64,000 bases of DNA, taken from Heptranchias perlo. Lineage: Eukaryota. The stretch is from positions 7,874,001 through 7,938,000 of the forward strand of contig NC_090338.1 in NCBI RefSeq assembly GCF_035084215.1, in the 5' to 3' direction. The notes beneath the pieces are model-generated. The model had not been told where the DNA came from. It searched no databases and saw only the letters and a list, made by a program, of their open reading frames with translations. Every line of letters starts with the position of its first letter. Position 1 is the first letter of the stretch. A program made the position numbers and the translations under genes. Of the stretch, positions 48,310-61,065 are shown piece after piece.

Positions 48310-48610
48310 ATAAATTACCTTTCACCTCCTCAAGACCTCCCAAAGTGATTCATAGCCAATGAATTACTATGTATTGATGTGTAGTTACTGTTGTTATGTA
48401 GGCAAATGCAGCAGTCAATTTGTGCGCATCCAAAACCGACAAATAACAATGAAATAAATAACCAATTAATCTGTTTTGTTCAGTGTTAGTTGAGTGATAA
48501 ATGTTGGCCAGGACAATGGGAGAACTCCCTGCTTTGCACTATGAGATCTGTTACAGCCACTTGAACAGGCAGGCAGGACTTTAGTTTAACATCTCGTCTG
48601 AAAGATGGAT
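48310..48610 (-). mobile_element. Older Deu SINE, tail-to-tail with the previous copy
   Basis: Diverged reverse-complement match. Confidence 0.6.
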
Positions 48611-48994
48611 TGTACTTTGCCATATCACAATTGCTAGTTTCCCAGTTCACTTCCAGTTCCAAAAACCTTTGAAAATCAAGGTAAAGACACAAGTTTTATC
48701 TATTTCTTTTACTTTTAAATGTCTCGCGTGCGCAATGCAATGTAGACCTGACTTTAATTACACACATGAAAAGTGGAGATAAATAAATTTGCTTCAGTTC
48801 AAATGTTCAGTTTGATCCAGGACAAGCCGAGTAAATAGAAATCAGATGGGTGTGAAACATCTCCTTCCACTGCAACCCCCTCCCCCATGAATTTCATAAT
48901 TTTGAAAACAATCGGACTGGACTGAAAAGTGTTTGACTTTGGCTAGACGCACGTGAACTAACTAAATCTGGTTGGTTCCTGATTGGCATCTTTT

Positions 48995-49815
48995 TGTGCT
49001 TGTCCGACATCCAGTATTGGATGAGCAGAAATTTCCTCCAATTAAATATTGGGAAGATTGAAACCATTGTCTTTGGCCCCCGCCACAAACTCCGTTCCCT
49101 CGCCACCAACTCAATTACTCTCCCTGGCCACTGTCAGGTATCCTATTTGACCCTGAGCTGAACTTCTGACCCCATATCCTCTCCATCACCAAGACCGCCT
49201 ACTTCCACTTCCGTAATATTGCCCGTCTCTGCCCCTGCCTCAGCTCATCTGCTGCTGAAACCCTGATCCATGCTTTTGTTACCTCCAGGCTTGACTTTTT
49301 CAATGCTCTCCTGACCAGCCTCCCATCTTCCACCCTCCATAAACTTCAGCTCTTCCTAAACTCTGCTGCCTGTATCCTGACTTGTGCCAAGTCCCGTTCA
49401 CCCATCATTCTTGTGCTCGCTGACCAATATTGGCTCCCGGTCCAGCAAGGCCTCAAATTTAAAATTCTCATCGTTGTGTTCAAGTCGCTCCATGGCCTCG
49501 TCCCTCCCTGTGTCTGTAACCTCCTCCAGCCCTACAACCCTTTGAGAAGTGTGCACAACCGCGATTTCCTTCGCCCCTACATTGCCCTTCAGCTCTCTGG
49601 GCCGTATGCGCTGGAATTCCCTTCCTAAATCTAAATGCCTCTTTACTTCTCTGTCCTCCTTTAAGGTGCTCCTTAAAACCTACATCTTTGACCAAGCTTT
49701 TGGTCACCTGTCCTAATATCTCCTTATGTGGCTCAGTGTCTGCTAATGCATCTGTAAAGTGCCTTGGGGCATTTCACTATGTTAAAGGCACTATATAAAT
49801 GCAAGTTGTTGTTTT
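48995..49815 (+). mobile_element. L2 LINE 3' fragment
   Basis: Colinear with 40290-41130; GCAAGTTGTTGTT tail. Confidence 0.85.
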
Positions 49816-50809
49816 GGGTACTGATCAAGAAGGTTCTGAGTCAGATAGATTCAGTTTTGGTTGGGTAGTAATGTTCTCAATTTTTTCGTCAATTTTTTCC
49901 AGTGTTTGTGGCTGTGAAGTTTCCTATAGGGTTTCTCACTGCTACCCCTGTGGCTGTTGGCAATGAAGAGACTCCCTGTAGAGAGTGGACACCTGAAATG
50001 ATGGGTGTCCACACTACAGAAGAACTAAGAACATCGGAAATATCAGCTACCAAATGGGAATGTTAAATATTGCCTACGTGGGTTTGCAAAATAATTTGAA
50101 CAACGTGAATAAACTCCAGAGTGAGAAAAGACCATTCAGCCTGCCCCACCTGGAATTCAAGTGTAATCTATCATGGGCATCTGTCTTACACTTCCTCCTG
50201 CTCCCGTATCTCACCTGAAAAAAATCAAGTAATGTTATATCTGTAACCCTGAATCCTGTTCTAAACAGGTATCTTATATTGAACATACCCTGTAAGAGAA
50301 GTATATTTATAACCTTATAAGTATATAAGGTTATAATATAGGTGCTGTTTTGAGGCTGGTACCTGCTTAAAGGAATGCTGTGCTTAGTTATACCACTGGC
50401 TTTGCATCATCCTGCTAAAGGTGGACTTGCTGTGCTTGCTTAGATTTCATTTGCATGAGTTACATCCAAGGCACATTACAACATCAATGTCAATACATGG
50501 CTGAAACCATTTTACTTTCATATAAAATGTGTAAGCTAGCAAATTGTACATACAGGCTGTGATCTGAATGCATAGGTATATTTCTAAAGCTCAATTTAAT
50601 TAATTCACTGTAATGTTTGTATAAAAATCAGGCCATTTGCTTTGGGAGTATAGCTTTGTCGGCTATCTATACATAGATGCACACTCAAGAAGACATTACC
50701 TCCAAATGCTAATCTGTTAATTGGATATCCTTATACGTCAGTCTAACATCTCATTATTTAACTAACTACGAGAGCCAGCCGGTGTTATTCCTTAAGCTGT
50801 TCTAATGTT

Positions 50810-53118
50810 AAAAAAAGGAAGAGATTAGCAAAAGTAAACGTGGGTCTCTTATAGGCAGAGACAGGAGAAATTATAATGGGGAATAAGGAAATGGCAGAGA
50901 CGTTAAACAAATATTTTATATCTGTCTTCACAGTAGAAGACACAAAAAACTTACCGGAAATAGTGGGGAACCACGGTTCTAATGAGAGTGAGGAACTTAA
51001 AATAATTAAGATTAGTAAAGAAAAAGTACTGGAGAAATTAATGGGACTAAAAGCCGACAAATCCCCTGGACCTGATGGCCTACATCCTAAGGTTTTAAAA
51101 GAGGTGACTGCAGAGATAGTGGATACATTGGTTTTGATCTTCCAGAATTCCCTAGATTCTAGAACGTGCGTCGTGGATTGGAAAGTAGCAAATGTAAGCC
51201 CGCTATTCAAGAAAGGAGGGAGAGAGAAAGCAGGGAACTGTAGGCCAGTTAGCCAGATATTAATAGTAGGGAAAATGCTAGAATCTATTATTAAGGATGT
51301 AGTAACAGGGCACTTAGAACATCATAATATGATTAGGCAGAGTCAAAATAGTTTTATGAAAGGGAAATCGTGTTTGACAAATCTATTGGAGTTTTTTGAG
51401 GGTGTAAATAGCAGGATAGATAAGGGGGAACCGGGTGGATGTAGTATGTTTGGATTTTCAAAAGGCTTTCGATAAGATGCCACACAAGAGGTTGTTACAC
51501 AAGATTAGGGCTTATGGGATTGGGGGTAATATATTAACATGGATTGAGGATTGGTTAATGGACAGAAAACAGTAGGAATAAACGGGTCATTTTCGGGTTG
51601 GCAGATTGTAACTGGTGGGGTGCCTCAAGGGTCAGTGCTATGGGCTCCAGCTGTTTACAATATATATCAATGACTTAGATGAAGGGACCGAGTGTAATGG
51701 ATCCAAGTTTGCTGACGATACAAAGCTAGGTGGGAAAGTAAGCTGTGAGGAGGATGCAAAGAGGCTGCAAAGGGATATACACAGGTTAAGTGAGTGGGCA
51801 AGAAGGTGGCAGATGGAGTATAATGTGGGGAAATATGAAATTTTCCACTTTGGTAGGAAGAATAGAAAAGCAGAATATTTTTTAAAACTTGAGAGACTAA
51901 GAAATGTTGGGAGTCAGAGGGATTTGGGTGTCCTTGTACACGAATCACAGAAAGTTAACCTGCAGGTACAGCAAGCAATTAGGAAGGCAAATGGTATGTT
52001 AGCCTTTATTGCAAGGTGGTTGGAGTATAAGAGTAAGGACTTCTTGCTGCAATTATGTAGGGCTCCGGTGAGACCACATCTGGAGTACTGTGTACAGTTT
52101 TATTCTCCTTACCTAAGGAAGGATATACTTGCTTTAGAGGGGGTGCTACGAAGGTTCACTAGATTGATTTGTGGGATGAGAGGGTTGTCCTATGAGGAGA
52201 GATTGAGTAGAATAGGCCTATACTCTCTGGAGTTTAGAAGAATGAGAGGCGATCTCATTGAAATGTATGAAATTCTAAGAGGGCTTGACCGGGTAGATGC
52301 TGAGACGTTGAGTCCCCAGGCTGGAGATTCTAGAACTAGCGGTCACAGTCTCAAAATAAGGGATTGGCCATTTAGGATCGAGATGAGGAAAAATTTCTTC
52401 CCTCAGAGAACATAGGAACATAGGAACAGGAGTAGGCCATTCAGCCCCTCGTGCCTACTCCGCCATTTGATAAGATCACGGCTGATCTGTGATCTAACTC
52501 CATATACCTGCCTTTGGCCCATATCCCTTAATACCTTTGGTTGCCAAAAAGCTATATATTTCAGATTTAAATTTAGCAATTGAGCTAGTATCAATTGCCG
52601 TTTGCAGAAGAGAGTTCCAAACTTCTACCACCCTTTATGTGTAGAAATGTTTTCTAATCTCACTCCTGAAAGGTCTGGCTCTAATTTTTAGACTGTGCCC
52701 CCTACTCCTAAAATCCCCAACCAGCGGAAATAGTTTCTCTCTATCCACCCTATCTGTTCCCCTTAATATCTTATAAACTTCGATCAATTTGTGTAATCTC
52801 TCCTCGTAACTTAACCCTTGAAGTCCGGGTATCATTCTAGTAAACCTACGCTGCACTCCCTCCAAGGCCAATATGTCCTTCCGAAGGTGCGGTGCCCAGA
52901 ACTGCTCACGGTACTCCAGAGGGCTGTGAATGCTTATTCGTTGAGTATATTCAAGACTGAGATCGATAGATTTTTGGACTCGAAGAGAATCAAGGGACAT
53001 GGGAATCGGGCGGGAAAGTGGAGTTGAGGTCGAACATCAGCCGTGATCTGATTGAATGGCGGAACAGGCTTGAGGGGCCCTATGGCCCACTCCTGCTCCT
53101 ATTTCTTATGTTCTTAAG
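50810..53118 (+). mobile_element. CR1 LINE ORF2 (RT) to 3' end, with an antisense CR1 piece inserted at ~52408-52915
   Basis: Encodes KSPGPDGLHP, GKSCLTNLLEFFE, KFADDTKLGG, RPHLEYCVQF; resumes at AGAGGGCTGTG (~52918); TTCTTATG tail. Confidence 0.9.
52408..52915 (-). mobile_element. CR1 3' fragment with internal deletion, nested antisense in CR1
   Basis: GAACATAG tail; minus-strand ORF ..RLHK|LIEVYKILRG skips the LGLYSLE..RGD segment. Confidence 0.75.
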
Positions 53119-53734
53119 TTCTTAATTTAGGTTGTAGGTTTAAGCACAGGAACAGTGCACAAAATTACATACAACTAAATCGAGGGGAAAGATTTCCTTT
53201 GGTTGCCGTCTCTTTTAGAACATGGTTATAATTTCACCAGTAATAGTGATCAGTGGTGATCATTCCACTATGTTTACAATGTTGTTAATACATTTTGACT
53301 AGAGGAGATGTCTCCCTCATATACTGTGAAGGAGAGTCATCATCTTTTAAAATCAAACTGTTTCAAGAGCTATGATTAAAGCAAATATTCCTTTGCTTTC
53401 TTCTGTTAATTTATTCAGTACTTTTTGTTTAAGCAGCGAGTTCTGGTGATATCACCAGGATTACAAGCCTGAAGAATTGATTGAGCCTGACCTGTGTTGA
53501 AGCAACTATATTAACAGATATAGTTCATGTCAAAGCACTGACTCTCTCTCCACTGATGTTAATTGAGCCCCAGACAGTGTTGGCACCGGTACTTGAAGTC
53601 CCACTGATATCGGCAGCTCTCTTTACTTAAACAGATATCAACAGAATATTTGCATTAATGCTATTTCTCTGTAATTATGATAGGTGATAGATCTTCTTGG
53701 AGTGCTTGGGTTGGTACCATTACTACCTTGTTTA

Positions 53735-53985
53735 ACATAAGAACATAAGAAATAGGAGCCATACGGTCCCCCAAGCCTGCTCCGTCTTTCAATAAGATCA
53801 TGGCTGACCTTCAACCTCAACTCCACTTTCTCGCCTGATCTCCATATTCCTTAATTCCCTTAGAGTTCAAAAATCTATTGCTCTCAGCCTTGAATATACT
53901 CAATGACTGAGCATCCACAGCCCTCTGGGGTGGAGAATGCCAAAGATTTGCAACCCTCTGAGTGAAGAAATTTCTCCTCATCTTA
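53735..53985 (-). mobile_element. CR1 3' fragment
   Basis: ACATAAGA tail; encodes MRRNFFTQRVANLW. Confidence 0.8.
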
Positions 53986-54059
53986 AGATACCACTTATTT
54001 CTACTAGAATGTTCCTTATCAGAGCAGTTGCCAGATTGCATTTTATTTTTTGAACTACA

Positions 54060-54250
54060 AAACCAATAAAATGCTGGAAACGCACAGCTGGCCAGTCAGG
54101 ATCTACAGGGCGAACAAATACAGGTCAGCGTTTTACACAGTGTCCTTCTTCGGAACTGAAGACCGAGAGATAACCAGCGCTTTAATAGAATTGGAAAAAT
54201 GCAGGAGGAGGGGGAGGGAGGGAAGGGGAGGAAGGAAAACATAAGCAAGT
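54060..54250 (-). mobile_element. Penelope-like pLTR remnant
   Basis: AAAATGCTGGAAAC...CCTTCTTCGGAACTG is the reverse of a degenerate C(C/T)GAAGA hammerhead core. Confidence 0.45.
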
Positions 54251-54282
54251 AACAGATACTGCAATTATAAAAGTTCTATGAG

Positions 54283-54720
54283 GAACATTAGGAACAGGAG
54301 TAGACCATTCAGCTCCTCGAGCCTGCTCTGCCATTCAATTAGATCATGGCTGATCGCCACCAAAACTCAATTTACCCGCCTTTGCTCCATATCCCTTGAT
54401 ACCCTTATCTAACAAAAAATTATTGATCTCAGTCCGGAAAGCTCCAATTGACCCTCACTATCCACCACCTTTTCGGGGGAGAGTTCCAAATTTCGACTCT
54501 TGGCATGAAAAAGTGCTTCCTAATTTCGCTCCTCAATGGCCTGGCTCTAAATTTAGATTATGTCCCCTTGTTTTTGATTCCCCCACCAGAGGAAATAATT
54601 CCTCTGTACCGATCCTATCAAATCTTTTTAACATTTTAAACACCTCAATCAGATCACCCCTCAGTGAGGAAACAAGCCAAGTTTATGCAACCTGTCCTCA
54701 TAATTTAATCCTCTAAGCCC
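54283..54720 (-). mobile_element. CR1 3' fragment
   Basis: Same subfamily as 6520-7160. Confidence 0.8.
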
Positions 54721-56934
54721 TTATTGTGTAACATCTGTCCATTGAGAATTTCTTATCTTAAACATAGAAACATAGAAAATGGGAGCTGGAGTAGGCCATT
54801 TGGCCCTTTGAGCCTGCTCCGCCATTCAATATGATCATGGCTGATCCTCTATCTCAATACCATATTCCCGCTCTCTCCCCATATCCCTTGATGCCTTTTG
54901 TGTCTAGAAATTTATCTACCTCATTCTTAAATATATTCAGTGACTTGGCCTCCACAGCCTTCTGTGGTAGAGAATTCCACAGGTTCACCACCCTATAAGT
55001 GAAGAAATTTCTCCTCATCTCAGTCCTAAATGTCCTACCTCATATCCTGAGACTGTGACCCCTCGTTCTGGACCCCCCAGCCAGGGGAAACATCCTCTTT
55101 GCATCCAGTCTATCTAGCCCTGTCAGAATTTTATATGTTTCAATGAGATCCCCTCTCATTCTTCTAAACTCGAGTGAATACAGGCCGAGTCGACTCAATC
55201 TCTCCTCATACGACAGTCCTGCCATCCCAGGGATCAGTCTGGTGAACCTTCGCTGCACTCCCTCTATGGCAAGTATATCCTTTCTTAGGTAAGGTGACCA
55301 AAACAGCACACAATACTCCAGGTGTGGTCTCAACAAGGCCCTGTATAACTGCAGTAAGACATCTTTGCTCCTGTACTCAAATCCTCTTGCAATGAAGGCC
55401 AACATACCATTTGCCTTACTAACTGCTTGCTGCACCCGCATGTTGGCTTTCAGTGACTGATGTACAAGGACACCCAGGTCTCTTTGTACATCAACATTCC
55501 CCAATCTATCACCATTTAAATAATAACCTGTCTTTCTGTTTTTCCTTCCGAAGTGGAAAGCTTCACATTTATCCACGTTATTCTGCATCTGCCATGTATT
55601 TGCCCACTCACTCAACTTGTCTAAATTGCTTTGAAGCCTCTTTGTATCCTCCTCACAACACACGATCCCACCGAGTTTTGTGTCGTCAAGAAACTTGGAT
55701 ATATTACATTTGGTTCCCTCATCCAAATCATTGATATATGTTGCGAGTTACTGGGGCCCAAGCACTGATCCCTGCGGTACTTCACTAGCCACTGCCTGCT
55801 GCCCCGAAAAAGACCTGTTTATTCCTACACTCTGTTTCCTGTCTGTTAACCAATTTTCAATCCATGCCAGTATATTAACCCCAATCCCATGTGCTTTAAA
55901 TCAGCACAATAACCTCTTACGTGGGACTTTATCAAAGGCCTTCTGAAAATCCAAATACACCACATCCACTGGTTCTCCCTTATCTATTCTACCAGTTACA
56001 TCCTCAAAAAACTCCAGTAGGTTTGTCAAACATGATTTCCCTTTCATAAATCCATGTTGACTTTGTCTAATCCCGTTGATATTTTCTAAGTGTCCTGTTA
56101 TCACATCCTTCATAATAAACTCTAGCATTTTCCCTACTACTGATGTTAGGCTAACCGCTCTATAGTTCCCTGTTTTCTCTCTCCTATTTAAATAGTGGGG
56201 TTACATTTGCCACCCTCCAATCTGCAGGAACTGTTCCATAATCTATAGAATTTTGGAAGATGACAACTAATGCATCCTATTTCCATGGCTACCTCTTTTA
56301 TTTCTCTGGGATGCAGATTATCAAGTCCTGGGGATTTATTGGCTTTCAGTCCCATTAATTTCTCCAGCACTATTTTTTTACGAATACTAATTTCCTTTAA
56401 TTCCTCCTTCTCTCTAGTCCCTTAGTTCCCTAGCATTTCTTGGAAGTTATTTGTGTCCTCTTCTGTCAAGACAGAACCAAAGTATTTGTTTAATTGCTCT
56501 GCAATTTTCTTGTTCCCCATTATAAATTCTCCCGTTTCTGACTGTAAGGGACCTACATTTGTCTTCACTAATCTTTTTCTTTTTACATACTTGTAGAAGC
56601 TTTTACAGTCCACTTTTATGTTCCTTGCAAGTTTACTTTCATAATCCATTTTGGCCCTCTTAATCACTCTCTTGGTCCTTTTTTGCTGAATTCTAAATTG
56701 CTCCCAATCCTCAGGCTTGCTACTTTTTCTGGCAACTTTATATGACTCCTCTTTGGATCTAATACGATCCTGAATTTCTTTTGTTAGCCATGGTTGGGTC
56801 GCATTTCCTTTTGTGTTTTTGCACCAGAAAGGAATGCATAATTGTTGCAATTCATGCATTCGTTCCTTAAATGCAACCATTGCCTATCCACCATCATGCC
56901 TTTTAATGAAGATTCCCAATCTATCGTAGCCAAA

Positions 56935-59900
56935 TTTTTTCTTCTTCATTCATGGGATGTGTGTTGCTGGCAAGGCCAGCATTTATTGCCCATCCCTAAT
57001 TGCCCTTGAGAAGGTGGTGGTGAGCCACCTTCTTGAACCGCTGCAGTCTGTGTGGTGAAGGTTCTCCCACAGTGCTGTTAGGAAGTGAGTTCCAGGATTT
57101 TGACCCGGTGACGATGAAGGAACGACGATATATTTCTAAGTCGCGATGGTGTGTGACTTGGAGGGGAACGTGTAGGTGGTGTTGTTCCCATGTACCTGCT
57201 GCCCTTGTCCTTCTAAGACCATAAGATGGCATAAGAGATAGGAGCAGGAGTAGGCCATTCGTCCCCTCGAGCCTGCTCTGCCATTCAGTGAGATCATGGC
57301 TGATCTGATTTTTACCTCAAATCCACTTTCCCGCCTTTTCCCCATATCCTTTGACTCCCTTGCTGATCAAAAATTTGTCTAACTCAGCCTTGAATGTATT
57401 CAATGACTCAGCCTCCACAGCTTTTTGGGGTAAAGAATTCCAAAGATTCACGACTGTCTGGGAGAAGAAATTCCTCCTCATTTCCGTCTTAAACAGGCGA
57501 GCCCTTATTCTGAGACTATGCCCCCTAGTTTTAGATTCCCTCATGAGGGGTAACATCCTCTCAGCATCTACCCTATCGAGTCCCCTCAGAATCTTGTATG
57601 TTTCAATAAGATCTCCTCTCATTCTTCTAAACTCCAATGAGTATAGACCCAACCTGTTGAATCTTTCCTCATAATACAACCCTTCCATACCCGGAATCGA
57701 CCGAGTGAACCTTCTCTGAACTCCTTCCAATGCAAGTATGTCTTTCCTTAAATAAGGGCACCAGAACTGTATGCAGTACTCCAGGTGTGGTCTCACCAGC
57801 ACCCTGTACAGTTATAGTATGACTTCCCTGCTTTTATACTCCAACCCCCTAGAAATAAAGGCCAATATTCTGTTTGCCTTCCAGATTACCTGCTGCACCT
57901 GTATGTTGACTTTTTGTGTTTCATGTACGAGGACACCCTCTGTACCGCAGCATTTTGTAATATTTCTCCATTCAAATAATATTTTGCTTTTTTATTTTTC
58001 CTCCCAAAGTGGATGACTTCACATTTTCCCACATTATATTCCATCTGCTAAATTTTCGCCCATTCGCTTAACGTGTCAATATCCCTTTGCAGACACTTTG
58101 TGTCCTCATCACAACTTGCTTTTCCACCTATCTTTGTATCATCAGTTAATTTGGCCACAAGACACTCTGTTCCTTCATCCGAGTCATTGATATATTTTGT
58201 AAATAGTTGAGGCCCCAGCAATGAACCCGGCGGCACCCCACTAGTTACAGATTGCCATTTTGAAATTGACCCTTTTATCCCGACTCTTTGTTTTCTGTAA
58301 GTTAGCCAATCCATATCCATCTATTCGAGGTGGAAGAAGCCTTGGCGATTTGCTGCAGTGCATCCTGTGGATGGTACACACTGCAGCCACAGTGCACCGG
58401 TGGTGAAGGGAGTGATTGTTTAGGGTGATGGATGGGGTGCCAAGCAAGCGGGCTGCTTTGTCCTGGATGGTGTCGATCTTCTTGAATGTTATTGGAGCTG
58501 CACTCATCCAGGCAAGTGGAGAGTATTCCATCACACTCCTGACTTTTGCCTTGTAGATGGTGGAAAGGCTTTGGGGAGTCAGGAGGTGAGTCACTCGTCA
58601 CAGAATACCAAGCCTCTAACCTGCTCTTGTAGTCACAGTATTTATATGGCTGGTCCAGTTAAGTTTCTGGTCAATGGTGACCCCCAGGATGTTGATGGTG
58701 GGGGATTCGGCGATGGTAATGCCGTTGAATGTCAAGGGGAGGTGGTTAGACTCTCTCTTGTTGGAGATGGTCATTGCCTGGCAATTGTCTGGCACGAATG
58801 TTACTTGCCACTAATCAGCACAATCCTGGATGTTTTCCTGGTCTTGTTGCATGCTGACGGGTTGCGAATGGAACTGAACACTGTGCAATCATCAGCGAAC
58901 ATCCCCATTTCTGACCTTTTGATGGAAGGAAGGTCATTGATAAAGCAGCTGAAGATGGTTGGGCCTAGGATACTGCCCTGAGGAACTCCTGCAATGATGT
59001 CCTAGGGCTGAGATGATTGGCCTCCAACAACCACTCCCATCTTCCTTTGTGCTATGTATGACTCCAGCCACTGGAGACTTTTCCCTCTGATTCCCATTGA
59101 CTTCAATTTTACTAGGGCTCCTTGGTGCCACACTCGGTCAAATGCTGCCTTGACGTCAAGGGCAGTCACTCTCACCTCACCTCTGGAATTCAGCTCTTTT
59201 GTCCATGTTTGGACCAAGGCTGTAATGAGGTGTGGAGCCGAGTGGTCCTGGCGGAACCCAAACTGAGCATCGGTGAGCAGGATATTGGCGAGTAAGTTCC
59301 GCTTGATAGCACTGTCGACGACACCTTCCATCACTTTGCTGATGATTGAGAGTAGACTGATGGGGCGGGAATTGGCCGGATTGGATTTGTCCTGCTTTTT
59401 GTGGACAGGACATACCTGGGCAATTTTTCACATTGTCGGTTAGATGCCAGTGTTGTAGCTGTACTGGAACAGTTTGGCTAGAGGTGCGGCTAGTTCTGGA
59501 GCACAAGTCTTCAGCACTACAGCTGGGATGTTGTCGGGGCCCATTGCCTTTGCTATATCCAGTGTACTCAGCCATTTCTTGATATCACGTGGAATGAATC
59601 GAATTCACTGAGGACTGGCTGCGGTGATAGTGGGGATATCGGGAGGAGGCCGCGATGTATCATCCACTCGGCACTTCTGGCTGAAGATGGTTGCAAACAC
59701 TTCTGCCTTGTCTCTTGCACTCACGTGCTGGACTCCGCCATCATTGAGGATGGGGATGTTTACAGAGCCTCCTCCTCCCGTTAGTTGTTTGATCGTCCAC
59801 CACCATTCACGACTGGATGTGGCAGGATTGCAGAGCTTTGATCTGATCCATTGTTTGTGGAATCACTTAGCTCTGTCTATAGCATGTTGCTTCCGCTGTT

Positions 59901-61065
59901 TAGCTTGCATGTAGTCCTGAGTTGTAGCTTCACCAGGTTTGCACCTCATTTTTAGGTACGCCTTGTGCTGCTCCTGGCATGCTTTTCCACACTCCTCATT
60001 GAACCAGGGTTGATCCCCTGGCTTGTTGGTAATGGTAGAGTGAGGAATATACCGGGCCATGAGGTTACAGATTGTGCTGGAATACAATTCTGCTGATGGC
60101 CCATGGCGCCTCATGGATGCCCAATTTTGAGCTGCTGGATCTGTTCTGAATCTATCCCATTTAGCACGGTGATCGTGCCACACAACATGTTGGATGGTGT
60201 CCTCAGTGTGAAGACGGGACTTCGTCTCCACGAGGACTGTGTGGTGGTCACTCCTACCAGTACTGTCATGGACAGATGCTTCTGCGACAGGTGGATTGGT
60301 GAGGACGAGGTCAAGTAGGTTTTTCCCTCATATTGGTTCGCTCACTACCTGCTGCAGGCCCAGTCTGGCAGCCATGTCCTTCAGGACTCGGCCAGCTTGG
60401 TCAGTAGTCGTGCTACCAAGCCACTCTTGGTGATGGACATTTAAGTCCCCCACCCAGAGAACGTTCTGTGCCCTTGCTACCCTCAGTGCTTCCTCCAAGT
60501 GGTGCTCAACATGGAGGAGAACTGATTCATCATCTGAGGGAGGATGGTAGGTGGTAATCAGCAGGAAGTTTCCTTGCCCATGTTTGACCTGATGCCATGA
60601 GATTTCATGGGGTCCGGAATCAATGTTGAGGACTTCCAGGGCCACTCCCTCCTGACTGAATATCACTGTATCGCCACCTTTGGAGGGTCGTCCTGCTGGT
60701 GGGACAGGACGTACCCAGGGATGGTGATGGAAGAGTCTGGAATGTTGGCTGAAAGGTATGATTCTGTGAGTATGGCTATGTCAGGCTGTTTCTTGACTAG
60801 TCTGTGGGACAGCTCTCCCAATTTTGGCACAAGTTCCCAGATTTTAGTGAGGAGGACTTTGCAGGGTCGACTGGGCTTGGTTTGCATTTGTCGTGTCCGG
60901 TGTCTAGTGGTCCGATGCCAGGTGGTCCTTCCGGTTTTATTCTTATTCTGACTTTTTTAACGAGATTTTACAACTGAGTGGCTTGCTAGTCCATTTCAGA
61001 GAGCAATTAAGAATCAACCACATTGCTGTGGGTCTGGAGTCACATATAGGCCAGACTGGGTAAGG
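56935..61065 (-). mobile_element. Near full-length family-Z LINE (3' part 56935-57214; rest 58325-61065), lacking only the tRNA head and proximal 5'UTR
   Basis: Colinear with 12135-15120, including the 5'UTR block (CTGGCCTATATGTGACTCCAGAC..CCACTCAGTTGT), EN (PDIAILTESYL, GDLNVHH) and RT. Confidence 0.88.
57219..58322 (-). mobile_element. CR1 RT-to-3' fragment nested inside the family-Z LINE
   Basis: Encodes LVRPHLEYCIQFW..LGLYSLEFRRMRGDL and GVPPGSLLGP; CATAAGA tail. Confidence 0.85.
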
